Source: Candidatus Marinacidobacterales bacterium (GTDB lineage Bacteria; Acidobacteriota; Vicinamibacteria; Marinacidobacterales; DATDRI01). Taken from it: 64,000 nucleotides of DNA. Positions 10,262 through 20,401 of the stretch are shown here, piece after piece. The notes under the pieces were generated by a model. It was not told the DNA's origin and did no database searches. It saw only the letters and a program-made list of their open reading frames with translations. Both the position numbers and the translations under genes were made by a program. The stretch's first letter is position 1; every line of letters begins with the position of its first letter. The stretch is taken from positions 6,208,001 through 6,272,000 of the forward strand of contig OZ245365.1 in the NCBI GenBank assembly GCA_965226495.1, given 5' to 3'.

Positions 10262-10473
10262 GGTCGTCACCTGTGAGTCTTGGCTTGCAGCTGTCCGCCT
10301 TCGTTCGCCGTATTGCTCCCGCAAACTTCGGCGGACAACCTTCGCCCCAATCCAAAGGCTGGCTTGTCAACCGAAGCCCAGCGGTTTTGATCACTGGGCG
10401 AAGGTTGGCGGATGGTGTAGTTTGGAGCTATCCGGTCTCGGCTGGATTCCATAAAAAACAGGGAATTTACAGG

Positions 10474-10827
10474 TGTGCCTTCTATTTATTCATCCGCGCC
10501 GACCCGAACCTGATCGGTCTCCGATCTGCCGGGACTATGCCTGCATGATTTCGTCGTTTGTTCGCGCTCGGCCCTGGGCACGGCCGCAAACACAGACTCT
10601 AAGTTGCTGATTTATGGGCTATTTCAAAGGGACTTATAACGATTGATTGACAGGCATTTCTCAAACCACCACATCTTGTGCTCTCGCACTTTACTACATG
10701 TTGTTATATGTAGAGGTGGGATGATTGGGGTGTCTTTGATAAGCTGCTCAAACGCAAGGGGTTACTAACATTGTCAATCAATCGTTATAAGTCCCATTTC
10801 AAAAGGGCTGAGTTTTGGCACAGGACG
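10474..10827 (+). mobile_element. Non-autonomous rve/IS481-like mini-element (A end to B end) carrying a nested MITE
   Basis: Left end TGTGCCTTCTATTTATTCATCCG; right end GAGTTTTGGCACAGGACG; both recur across the window. Confidence 0.75.
10629..10795. mobile_element. 167-bp MITE (IS1595-like)
   Basis: Perfect 24-bp TIR GGGACTTATAACGATTGATTGACA; 8-bp TSD ATTTCAAA on both sides. Confidence 0.88.
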
Positions 10828-10885
10828 GGATGCTCTCAAGCCTTGCCGGATCCTGGTTGATACAAAATCCGAGGCAAGTGAGGGC

Positions 10886-10979
10886 TGTGCTCCGCAAAAA
10901 GTCGATCCGGCGTTGATTGCGCGGGTTAGACCTACCATAGTCGGCTGCTTCTGGCCGGTTTTCTTTTTTGCGGATCACA
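10886..10979. mobile_element. 94-bp MITE (E family, TGT...ACA)
   Basis: TIR TGTG(C/A)TCCGCAAAAA; inverted copy at 44918-45011. Confidence 0.8.
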
Positions 10980-11030
10980 ACAGCCAGCGGCCAACGTGGT
11001 CAATACCGGAAAATCAGGTGTTGCCTAGCC

Positions 11031-12446
11031 CTAGCTGAAGTCCACCCCGAAGAACAGCACCGCGATGATGATCGCCGCCACGGCCAGCGGCGACACGAAC
11101 TGAATGAAGAACCGCCACGCTCCATAGTTGAACCACCTGGGTTCTGAGCCATCCACGAGCTCCCGCTCGGTGTAATTGCGCGTCAGGAACCAGCCCGCCG
11201 CGATCGTGATCGCAAATCCCCCGGTCGGGAGCATCCAGTTCGACACGAAGTGGTCGACCATGCCGAACCAGCTCGTCTTGCCGCCGAAGAGCATCTGGCC
11301 GAGCGCGCCGCCGAGTTGGAGCTCGGTGATCGCGCCGACACCACCGAACGACAACGCGGCGAGGACCGTGAAGGCAAACACCGCACCGCCACACAGCAGC
11401 GTCGCCGTGGCCCGCGGCATGTGGTGTTCGTCGATCACGTAGGCAGCGACCACTTCCAGTAGCGACATCGTCGAGGTGAGCGCCGCGAGGGCCACCAGCA
11501 CGTAGAAGAGTGGCCCCAGGAATGCCCCGAACGGGACCTCGGTGAAGAACAGCTGCGGCAGCGAGATGAAGAGCATCCCCACAGTGCCCGTGCCGCTGAC
11601 CTGCTCATCCATACCCGGCACGCTGAAGATCACCGAGAACATGATCACCGTGGCCACGAGTGCGATCAGCGTATCGAGCACGACGATGATCGCCGAGGCT
11701 TTCACGATCGACTGATGCTTTGCGATGTACGAGCCGTACGTCACCATCGCGCCCATGCCGAGCGAGAGCGTGAAGAACGCGTGGCCGAGCGCCTCGAGGA
11801 CGCTCCCCCCATCCAACTCGCCGAAGCGCGGCAGGAAGATGAAGCGGAGCGCCTCACCGGCCCCGGCCATCTCCAAGGCGGAGACGAGCAGCAAGACGAG
11901 GATCCCGAAGAGAATCGGCAGAAAGACACGCGCGATGCGCTCGATGCCCTTTTGGACGCCGAAGTAGACGACCGAGACCGTGGCGATACTGAACCCGAGA
12001 GACAAGCCAAGCTGTAGGCCGCCATTGGCCGCCTGCGCACCGAACAGCTCGCCCATCGAGGCGCCCGCCGGGAATCCACCGACCGACCAGCCCGCGGACT
12101 TGGCGAAGTAGAAGAGCGACCAGCCCGCAATCACCGTGTAGTAGCTGAGCAGCAGAAAGCCGCAGAGCACGCCCCAGAGGCCAACGATGCCCCACGCCGG
12201 CCCGATGGCCTGCTTGAGCGCCCCGACCACGCTCTTCTGCGTCGCTCGCCCGATCAGCAGTTCGGCCATCATGATGGGCAGGCCCACGGCGGCGATGCAC
12301 ACGAGGTACACGAGGACGAAGGCCCCGCCGTTGTTCTCCCACGTGACGAACGGGAACTTCCACAGGTTGCCGAGGCCGATCGCGCTCCCGGTCGCGGCGA
12401 GAATTAAGCCGGTGTTCGAACTCCAATGACCGCGCGGCTCTGACAT
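11031..12446 (-). CDS. Sodium-dependent transporter (NSS/SNF family)
   Basis: GSAIGLGNLWKFP, GGAF, AFFTLSLGMG. Confidence 0.95.
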   Translation of the reverse strand: MSEPRGHWSSNTGLILAATGSAIGLGNLWKFPFVTWENNGGAFVLVYLVCIAAVGLPIMMAELLIGRATQKSVVGALKQAIGPAWGIVGLWGVLCGFLLLSYYTVIAGWSLFYFAKSAGWSVGGFPAGASMGELFGAQAANGGLQLGLSLGFSIATVSVVYFGVQKGIERIARVFLPILFGILVLLLVSALEMAGAGEALRFIFLPRFGELDGGSVLEALGHAFFTLSLGMGAMVTYGSYIAKHQSIVKASAIIVVLDTLIALVATVIMFSVIFSVPGMDEQVSGTGTVGMLFISLPQLFFTEVPFGAFLGPLFYVLVALAALTSTMSLLEVVAAYVIDEHHMPRATATLLCGGAVFAFTVLAALSFGGVGAITELQLGGALGQMLFGGKTSWFGMVDHFVSNWMLPTGGFAITIAAGWFLTRNYTERELVDGSEPRWFNYGAWRFFIQFVSPLAVAAIIIAVLFFGVDFS

Positions 12447-12677
12447 GTGTCGTTCTCCGATCGATGGCGTGGTCTACGGGAGGCGATGCGGCCCCAACAG
12501 ATCCCGGCCCGTGAAGTCTCGCCCAGTAGACGTTACGTAAATACTCTAAAGGATTTCTGTCGGACCAGCGAGCGGCACGGCAGTATCGCGCGTCAGCACG
12601 CTACGGAAAGTCATCCGACCGTGGCGGCCGCCACGCACCTGGGTACTTTCGAGTGAACGAACGATTTCGGTCACTCC

Positions 12678-12742
12678 TGAACCGCCCCTGGGGCGGTTCA
12701 GTGCCGCCGCTACCCCAAATTCAACATCCGGCGGGACATCCC
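12678..12742. mobile_element. Fused IS3-type TIR palindrome followed by an IS256 end
   Basis: TGAACCGCCCC-T-GGGGCGGTTCA (matches 21441 and 27548-27558), then CAAATTCAAC...GGGACATCCC as at 48860-48901. Confidence 0.7.
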
Positions 12743-12831
12743 CCCGCGAGCACGGAGGTGATTACAGCTTTGAAGGTTTTCGAGCTTCTCACAAGTTCTT
12801 GTCAATAGGTGTGTAAAAAAGTTCAGGCAGC

Positions 12832-12997
12832 GGTGCTTCCGCCATTAAGTGTTGGTGAGATGACGCTAAGACTTTACGCTGCATTAAATTACAGCCAAAA
12901 TAGCGCTCGCGACCTTCGCCGCGCGCTAAATGGAGCGTAAGCTCTTTTTTTGCAAAGGGATACGTACACATCACCAACAGCAAACAGCGCAAGCACC
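12832..12997 (+). mobile_element. 166-bp IS1-derived MITE (D family), copy 1
   Basis: Ends GGTGCTTCCGCC and GCGCAAGCACC; left end matches the TIR of the IS1 at 59962. Confidence 0.88.
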
Positions 12998-13204
12998 TCT
13001 CAAGCACGTTATTGCGTCGGTGGCCCGGCGGCGACAGTGTGCAGAATTTCCACCGCGTCGAAGACGAGTTCGCAGGGCGGCGCTCTCATGGCTGTCTGCC
13101 CGTCGATACGCGATCTTTTTTGCGGATCACAGGCGGATTACACGGACACGAACGGGACGCCGACCAGTAGTTTTCCGCTCAATCTTAACCTCAATCAGAC
13201 TCCT

Positions 13205-13413
13205 CTAGAAAAGGTACTTTAAGTTCAGGCCGACGCCGAACATTTGGATGTCGCCGACCTCAAGGCCGCCCGACACAGGCTCGCTGCCATCCCTGCGAAG
13301 ATTGGGCGGGTGGCTGCGCAGTGGATCCCAGACAATACTGTCGTCGTTTCGAAAAGAATGAAAGTTAACCCAGCGTCCCTTAACCCCGAGCAGTAATACT
13401 TCGGTGAGCGCGT
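13205..13413 (-). pseudogene. C-terminal fragment of an outer-membrane beta-barrel protein, truncated by an IS
   Basis: Ends FGVGLNLKYLF (terminal-Phe beta-signal pattern). Confidence 0.5.
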
Positions 13414-14698
13414 TGTGCATCGTCAAAACTGCTCCGCCCACGAAATCAAGGACTTACGCTCCGCTTGAATTCCGGGCCGAAGACGGCGAAACTCCGCCGC
13501 TATGCTCAACGTTGTTGTCTTCCTCGTCTCACTTGGCGTCCGTGCCATTCGGGCGATGTGTCGGCGCCGCGCCGACCTGGTGTTGGAGAACGTCGCTTTG
13601 CGGCAGCAAGTGACGGCGCTGAAGAAAGAGCGCCCACGCCCACCGCTCGACGACACGGAACGGGCTTTCTGGGTTGCCCTTCGAGGTTCGTGGCCCGTGT
13701 GGGCGAGCCGCCTGCTCATCGTCCACGCGGACACCGTAGCCCGTTGGCATCGCGACCGATTCCGACGGTACTGGGCAAATATCTCGCAGCGCCGCCATCC
13801 CGGTCGGCCTCGGATTGATGCCGAGATTCGCCGCCTCGTCCGCACGATGGCGCAAGACGGCTGGGGGGCGCCACGCATCCATGCTGAGCTCACCAAGCTC
13901 GGTTTCATCATCTCCGAGATTACGGTGTCGCGATACCTACCGCGGCATCCCGCGGAGCCCGACCAGCTGAAGCGATGGATGGCTTTCTTGCGCAACCATA
14001 AAGACGATATCGCCGCCATGGATCTGTTCACCGTGCCCACCGCGTCGCTCCGGCTGCTGTACGGCTTCTTCGTCATCGAGCACGGCCGTCGGCACATCGT
14101 TCACTTCAACGCCACCTTCCACCCGACGTCTGCTTGGGTTATTCAGCAACTGCGTGAGGCGTTTCCCTACGACACTGCTCCGAAATATCTCATCTTCGAT
14201 CGCGACTTCATCTTTAGCGCTGCGGTCATCGAGTTCATCAAAGCAACGGGCACAAAACCCGTTCGCACTTCGTTTCGCAGCCCATGGCAAAACGGAACTG
14301 CGGAGCGGTGGGTCGGCAGCTGCCGTCGCGAGCTCCTTGAGCACGTCGTGGTTCTCGGCGCATGTCATCTCATCCGGCTCGTGCAAGCTTACATCAGCTA
14401 CTATCACGAGGACCGTTGCCACTTGGGGCTGAACAAGGACACACCGAGCTTGAGAGCGGTCACGCACCGACCGTCTCCTACGGCGAAAGTAGTCGCACTG
14501 CCGCGAGTCGGTGGATTGCACCATCGATACGAGTGGCGAGAGGCAGCCTGAGTCAGCTTGGTCGCTCGCGTTACTCGGCTGGTCGCCGAGAAGTTCGTCC
14601 TCAGCACCTTCCCTCGCGCGCTGACCACGCTCTCCAGCATGTGCTCGAGGGCAGTCCGGGCCTAGAGTCCAGTCCCGGATTAATAATGATGATGGACA
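13414..14698 (+). mobile_element. Complete IS481-like element with integrase-core (rve) transposase at 13502-14551
   Basis: TIR TGTGCATCGTCA / TGTCCATCATCA; DDE motifs AMDLF, FDRD, NGTAER; VGGLHHRY C-terminus. Confidence 0.85.
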
Positions 14699-14769
14699 GG
14701 CCCTTGGCCCAGTCGCTAAGCTGCTGATTTATGGTCTATTTCGAAAGGGCCGAGTTTTGGCACAGGACG

Positions 14770-15089
14770 GGGTCATGGAAAGCGACTCCGGCCACATGGC
14801 TGAAAAACGAGCTGCTCATGGTACTAGTCGGCTGCTAGAGGAACAGGCCGATCCCGCGGCTCGGCTCTCTGACCCAGAAATCCGCCTAACAGCCCTTGAA
14901 GAGCTTGATGAACTCCTTGCCCTCTTCACGGAAGACCAGACTGCTCTCGAACTCCTCCGCCTGAAGGGCGATGGCCTTTCTGCGTCCGGGATTCAGCGCG
15001 AACTCGGCATGGGAAAGACGCAGTACGACACCGTCACCAAGCGGATTCGCCGTCGCCTTGCCAAATACCTATCCGAGGGAGGCCAGTGA
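14770..15089 (+). pseudogene. Sigma-factor region-4-like HTH, 5'-truncated by a B end
   Basis: GLSASGIQRELGMGKTQYDTVTKRIRRRL; stop overlaps the next start. Confidence 0.55.
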
Positions 15090-15628
15090 CCATGGAGCCA
15101 AAGAAACAGAACCGGACCAAGATTAACCGAGCACTACGAGATTGTCTCCTTGAGGCGTCGGAAGGCGAGCTTCGTGAAACACTCGCCGATACAGGACAGG
15201 ACTTCGATTCGCTAGCGGCTCGTGGCCGTGCTGCTGCGCAGCGAGCCCTCGCTAAACTGCCCGACGCCGCAGATGTTCAAGACCTGCACCGCGGCCTCGG
15301 TGCGATCCTTCAGATGCTTCGCCGACGCGAGCAGCTTTCCGCGGACAAGCTTGCTCAGGAGGCCCGCGTCAACGTTTCTGAGTTGCGCCGCATCGAGCTC
15401 GACCCAACGTTCGACCCGAACCCACGCACTATCTTCCAGCTCGAGCAGTACTTCAAGCTTCCCTCAAGAAGCCTAGTGGTGCTGTCCGGCGCCGTTCACG
15501 TCGACGACAATGTGCGCGAGGAGGTCGTCCGCTTTGCCGCGAGTTCCGGGGACATCTCTGGACTTACGAAGGAGCAGCGCAAGCACCTTAACCGATTCGT
15601 GAAGTTCCTTCGAGAGAACACCGACTGA
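15086..15628 (+). CDS. XRE-family HTH regulator (CapH/ImmR-like)
   Basis: LRRREQLSADKLAQEARVNVSELRRIE; translationally coupled to the peptidase. Confidence 0.75.
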   Translation: MTMEPKKQNRTKINRALRDCLLEASEGELRETLADTGQDFDSLAARGRAAAQRALAKLPDAADVQDLHRGLGAILQMLRRREQLSADKLAQEARVNVSELRRIELDPTFDPNPRTIFQLEQYFKLPSRSLVVLSGAVHVDDNVREEVVRFAASSGDISGLTKEQRKHLNRFVKFLRENTD

Positions 15629-16551
15629 TGAAGAACCGGCCGATAGACCCGTTCGCGGCGCAAGATATTGAGGACCAGGTTGACAAGGTTCTGCGTGGTC
15701 TGGGCAACCCAGAGCCACCTTTGGACCTGCGCGACGTGCGCGAGTTGCTCAAACTCGACCTTCAGTTCTACAGCAGCACGAACACCGGACCGCTGCGCGA
15801 GTTCGTGAGCAAGGTTAAGCTGGGGGCGAAGCAGCTCGCGATGAAGCCCACCCTCATCCTCGACTTGGTCCGCCAGGCAGGCTTGAAGGCCCTTTGGCTT
15901 CCTGACAGAAAGCGCATCCTCATCGACGAAGGTATGCCTGACCTCAAGATGCGGCACACAGAAGGCCATGAAATCACACACAGCATCACGCCGCACCACC
16001 GCCTGTTCTTGTTTGGCGATGACCGCGAGACGTTGCGTACCTCGTGCCACGAGAAGCTCGAGGCGGAGGCGAACTTCGGCTCCGGACAGCTCCTTTTCAT
16101 CCGGGGCCGCTTCGTTGCCGAGGCCCATGACCTTCCCCGAACGCTGGCAACCGTTCGCGCACTGGCCAAGACCTTCGGTAACACCATAACGATGACACTG
16201 TGGCGTCTTGTCGAAGAAGCGCACGATGACGAGCCCCTCTTCGGGGTCATCTCTCCGCACCCGAAGTACCTCTGCGACGACTTCGATCCGAGGACACCGT
16301 GTCGCTACTTCGTCGAATCACCGGCGTTCCGTGAGAGCTTCGGTATCGTCACTGAAGTAGCAGCCTTCGAGGCGATCCAAGGCTACACGTCATGGGCACA
16401 TGGCGGCTCATTGGGCGAGGGAGAAGTTGTCTTCGTCAGTCGTGACGATGAACGCCATCGCTTTCACATGGAGACGTTCTTCAACCGTCACGAAGCACTC
16501 ACTCTTGGCGTCTATCTCGGTCCCGTTTGTTCACACGTGGTCGTGCCTTGA
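15628..16551 (+). CDS. ImmA/IrrE-family metallopeptidase (CapP-like)
   Basis: HEITH zincin motif and downstream EAEAN. Confidence 0.8.
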   Translation: MKNRPIDPFAAQDIEDQVDKVLRGLGNPEPPLDLRDVRELLKLDLQFYSSTNTGPLREFVSKVKLGAKQLAMKPTLILDLVRQAGLKALWLPDRKRILIDEGMPDLKMRHTEGHEITHSITPHHRLFLFGDDRETLRTSCHEKLEAEANFGSGQLLFIRGRFVAEAHDLPRTLATVRALAKTFGNTITMTLWRLVEEAHDDEPLFGVISPHPKYLCDDFDPRTPCRYFVESPAFRESFGIVTEVAAFEAIQGYTSWAHGGSLGEGEVVFVSRDDERHRFHMETFFNRHEALTLGVYLGPVCSHVVVP

Positions 16552-16654
16552 AATCGTATTGGCCGATGTCCGGCACCTCCTTGTTTGCGGGCAGAGGGAA
16601 GTAGAACGCAACGCTAGCCTTGAAGGCAGAGACGAGAGCGCGAACAAACAACGA

Positions 16655-16730
16655 ATTCATGCCGGCATGGTGCCGGCAGACCGGAGACTAATCAAGTTCG
16701 GTGCGCGCGGATGAATAAATAGAAGGCACA
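16655..16730 (-). mobile_element. Solo A (left) end of an rve mini-element
   Basis: Reverse complement of the end at 23045-23115. Confidence 0.8.
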
Positions 16731-16801
16731 GGATTTCAAGGAATATCAATCCGAACACTGGATCGAGGAACTTGAAAAGACGATTCAAAGGAGGGTTTCC
16801 A

Positions 16802-17059
16802 ATGACCAAACCTGACACCGACAAAGGCTTCGACATCATCGTCAACGGCACAAACTATCCCGTCCCCAACGACGAGGTCTCATTCGATCAAGTCGTCGAT
16901 CTCGCGTATCCCAACGGAGGTCGAGGTCCACTGATCAAGTATACGGTGGATTTTTACAACGGCGCCGGTCGGCCACCGGAAGGCAAGCTGACCGCAGGCC
17001 AGGAAGCCAAAATCAAAGACGGGACCGTGTTCAATGTCACGCGCACTGATCGCTCGTAA
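16802..17059 (+). CDS. Multiubiquitin-domain (beta-grasp) ubiquitin-like protein
   Basis: IIVNG...SFDQVVDLAY...YTV...IKDGTVFNVTRTDRS; GGAGG RBS. Confidence 0.8.
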   Translation: MTKPDTDKGFDIIVNGTNYPVPNDEVSFDQVVDLAYPNGGRGPLIKYTVDFYNGAGRPPEGKLTAGQEAKIKDGTVFNVTRTDRS

Positions 17060-18230
17060 TGCGGATCTGCGAAGACTCGAGGAAGAGGGTTACACGCTTC
17101 GCATCGTTGACGACGCGTATCTCTTGATCGAGAACGTCCCGTATGTCACGGCTCAAGGCGATGTCCAGGAAGGCACCTTGGTCATGGAACTAACTTTGAG
17201 TGGAGATCGCACGGTCCAACCAACCACCCATGTCGCCCGCTGGACCGGCGAGTTTCCTTACGAAGCCAGCGGCGACAAGCTCCTTGCGTTGATTCGCGAA
17301 GATGCAACAAAAGGTTTGCTCTCCGAATCCATTCCGCCCGTGTACCAGCTTTCGGCCAAGCCTGACAGGGGCTATAAAAACTACCACCACAAGGTAACTA
17401 CCTATGTAGACATACTCAGCCGTGAGGCTCGTTGCATCTCCTCCGATTCGACGGCCCAACAGTGGAAGGTCGTTGCCGACCGCGACGACGCCGACAGCGT
17501 CTTTCTCTTTGCGGACACCGCATCCGCCCGGCAGAACACTGCCGACCTCGCCCGAAAGCTCCAGCACGAGCAAGTAGCCATCGTCGGTGTAGGTGGTACT
17601 GGCTCCTATATCCTCGACTTGATTGCGAAGACATGGGTGCGCGAAATCCATCTCTTCGACGACGACCGATTTCTCCAACACAACGCATTCCGGTCGCCCG
17701 GCCCCTTCTCCCGAGACGAACTCGAAGGAGGACCGTTCAAGTCGATATTTCATGCCGAGAGATACTCGCGCATGCGCAAGGCACTCATCGCATCCACCAC
17801 ATGCATTGACGAGACCAACGTCCAGCAATTAGGCGTATTCGACACGGTTTTTCTCTGTATGGACGGGCATCCGATCAAGGCTCAGATCCTAGAGACCTGC
17901 ATGGCCCACGACACCTTACTCATCGACGTCGGTATGGGCCTGTACCGCGTAAACGACTCGATCGCAGGCGTCATCCGGACAACCACCTTCTGCCCGGAAC
18001 ACCACCACCACGCCGAGGCCTGCATAGACCTGGCCGGCGACGATGCGCCAGGCGAGTACGAGCGGAATGCCCAGCTTGCCGAGCTGAATGCGCTGAACGC
18101 CGCGCTCGCTGTCATCAAGTGGAAGAAAGCAAGGGGCTTCTACAACGACCTAACACGGGAACTCAACAGCGAATACGTCATTGACGGCGACAAGCTCATC
18201 AACTCCTACTGCCTAGACGAACCCTCGTGA
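17034..18230 (+). CDS. ThiF/E1-like adenylyltransferase with an N-terminal DUF6791-like domain
   Basis: GVGGTGS, FDDD..QHNAFR, LCMD, DVGMG, AELNALNA. Confidence 0.85.
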   Translation: MSRALIARNADLRRLEEEGYTLRIVDDAYLLIENVPYVTAQGDVQEGTLVMELTLSGDRTVQPTTHVARWTGEFPYEASGDKLLALIREDATKGLLSESIPPVYQLSAKPDRGYKNYHHKVTTYVDILSREARCISSDSTAQQWKVVADRDDADSVFLFADTASARQNTADLARKLQHEQVAIVGVGGTGSYILDLIAKTWVREIHLFDDDRFLQHNAFRSPGPFSRDELEGGPFKSIFHAERYSRMRKALIASTTCIDETNVQQLGVFDTVFLCMDGHPIKAQILETCMAHDTLLIDVGMGLYRVNDSIAGVIRTTTFCPEHHHHAEACIDLAGDDAPGEYERNAQLAELNALNAALAVIKWKKARGFYNDLTRELNSEYVIDGDKLINSYCLDEPS

Positions 18231-18674
18231 AGCTGCGCCAAGTCACGCCGGAATTCGTGGACGAGATCCCGCGAGAGTTAGACCCAGGCAAGCTTTATGT
18301 CTGTTGTCGATACCGTGCGGTCAAGCACCTGTGTGCGTGTGGCTGCGGTGCTGAGATCAACACCCCGTTACATCCCACCGGCTGGACGCTTACGTGCGAC
18401 GGCGTTTCAGTCAGCTTGTCACCGTCCATCGGCAATTGGAGTGAGAAGTGCCAATCCCACCTGGATCATTAACAACAAAATCCAATGGGAACCAAAGTAT
18501 CCAAGACACAAAATTCTGCAAACCAGAAGAGCGCGGGACTTGGAACTGGAACAGTATTTCAGCGCCAATACCAAGCCCGAAACGGGTCACTTTGAGCCGA
18601 AACGGCTCCTCATTTTGACGTCGATGCGACGCTGTCTCACACGAATCTGGCACTGGATCTTGCGTCGTCGCTAG
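18227..18674 (+). pseudogene. DUF6527-like Cys/His protein, frameshifted near 18460
   Basis: HLCACGCG, SLSPSIGNW, CQSH, then WIINNKIQW in another frame. Confidence 0.75.
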
Positions 18675-18710
18675 CCTTGGTCGCTACTCCCTGACCGAGG
18701 GAGTTGACCC

Positions 18711-18863
18711 CGTCCTGTGCCAAAACTCGGCCCTTTTGAAATAGACCACAAATCAGCAGCTTAGACGCCCTTGGATGATGGTGGCGCTCTCCATAATATA
18801 GATGAACTCGACGATGGCCCGTCGCGCGGGTCTTAGAGTGCGTTTGTATTCTTGGACACGACG
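18711..18863. mobile_element. B end (reverse) fused to a diverged C-family MITE
   Basis: CGTCCTGTGCCAAAACTC at 18711; 18763-18863 resembles the reverse complement of 49258-49360. Confidence 0.7.
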
Positions 18864-18981
18864 CGCAGACCTACCCGCCAGGTCCGCCCGTTGCGGACGC
18901 ATTCCGGGCCGACTTCGAAGCTGAGAAGGAAAGGCTTGCGCGAGAGCTCGGGCCCGCGCCGCCCACCTAGGGTGGCCGTCG

Positions 18982-19740
18982 CTACCGACGAATGATCTGC
19001 TGCTTCAGGAGCGCGTCGACGGCGACGACGAGATTCTCGAAAGGCTGCTCCGTACTCGGCGCGGGTTGCAGCCGTCCTTCGCGATCGATTAGGTAGTTGG
19101 CGGGGTATCGCGCCGTCGTCTGATAAATCTCGGGGACGTCCCCCTCGATCGTCAGAAGGGGGTAGCTCACCGACAGGACGTTTTCTTCGAAGTCGAGCTG
19201 CGTTTCGAGGTCCTCTGTGGAGAGGCCGAAGACCATGAATCCCTGTTTCTTGCGTTCCTGATAGAGCTTGTCGAGACCCGGCATTTCCTTGCGGCACGGC
19301 GGACACCAGGTCGCCCAAACGTTTACGAGCACGACCTTTCCTCCATGCTCGTCGAGACGATGAGTGTTGCCGTGGATGTCCGCCGTCGAGAAAGGCGGCG
19401 CCTCGACGTCACTGAGCGCCAGATTCCGCGCCTGCGTAGCGCGCTCGACGACGCCTCGAATCGGAAGGAACACGAGACCGAGCGACAAAATGCCGAGCAT
19501 CAGGCCCACCTTGCTCACGGTTGAGAAGGCTCCTTTGCGGTGGTCGGCGAGCGCGAGGACGAGAGTGATGATGCCCGGCAAGGCCATCGCGATCGCGACT
19601 ATGGAGAGACGGAAGACGAAGTCGGCGTCCCTGTCGGCGCTCGCGCGCGTCAGGCTCCGATAGACGAACAGGCCAAGACCCGCTGCCGCAAAGGGCGACG
19701 CGACGCCGGCCCATAGAGTCCGAAAGTACAGCTTCGACAT
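18982..19740 (-). CDS. Membrane-anchored TlpA-family thiol-disulfide oxidoreductase
   Basis: WATWCPPC, three N-terminal TM helices, LIDREG. Confidence 0.9.
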   Translation of the reverse strand: MSKLYFRTLWAGVASPFAAAGLGLFVYRSLTRASADRDADFVFRLSIVAIAMALPGIITLVLALADHRKGAFSTVSKVGLMLGILSLGLVFLPIRGVVERATQARNLALSDVEAPPFSTADIHGNTHRLDEHGGKVVLVNVWATWCPPCRKEMPGLDKLYQERKKQGFMVFGLSTEDLETQLDFEENVLSVSYPLLTIEGDVPEIYQTTARYPANYLIDREGRLQPAPSTEQPFENLVVAVDALLKQQIIRR

Positions 19741-19980
19741 AACGAAGCCATTCTAGCGTGAGACGGTTCCGTAGCGTGCTAGGGTATTGTCAGGTGCTAT
19801 CAAGTTGAGACGGCGACTGACACAATGAGCCGATGAACAGCCAGCCATCCCGCTACCACATTAATAAGGGGCAATGCCGTTCGCCGAATGATGGAGGCCA
19901 AAAGCGAGCGTGGCAGTAGCCGCGGGTTGGCTTTACAGGCGTGGCCTACCTTAAAGCGTTGCGACGAGGGCGCGTTGCTA

Positions 19981-20387
19981 GCCGGTCTTGAGTTCGTTTG
20001 TGTTTTTGGACACGACGGCGATGAGCCTTCGGTGCCAAGCCAGAAGGGTTTCCGGTGTGACGATACCGGCGACTTCTGCCAAGAGTTTCCGGCCAAGCGC
20101 CTTACCCTTTACCGCGAGCCGACGTCGCTCGTCGTCTGTGAGACGAAGCTTCCTCCCGCAAAGCCGAGCTTTGAGGATTTTGTTCTCCTCGAGCAAGTAG
20201 ACGATAGCGGCCTGGTGGTCACGCTGGAGCCAACCAGCGATGGCGACGACCAACAAGGTCAAGGGCTGGACCGGCGTGCTCATGACCGAGGATTCTAGCT
20301 CCCATTGGCCAATCAAACGTAGATACGTCTATTACGAAACGTCCGGGCGAGCCGGTCTTGAGTTCGTTTGTGTTTTTGGACACGACG
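19981..20387 (-). mobile_element. rve transposase N-terminal fragment between two direct C ends
   Basis: YLLEENKIL...TPETLLAWHR; GCCGGTCTTGAGTTCGTTTGTGTTTTTGGACACGACG at 19981 and 20351. Confidence 0.8.
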
Positions 20388-20401
20388 CCCTACCGCGGTC
20401 C

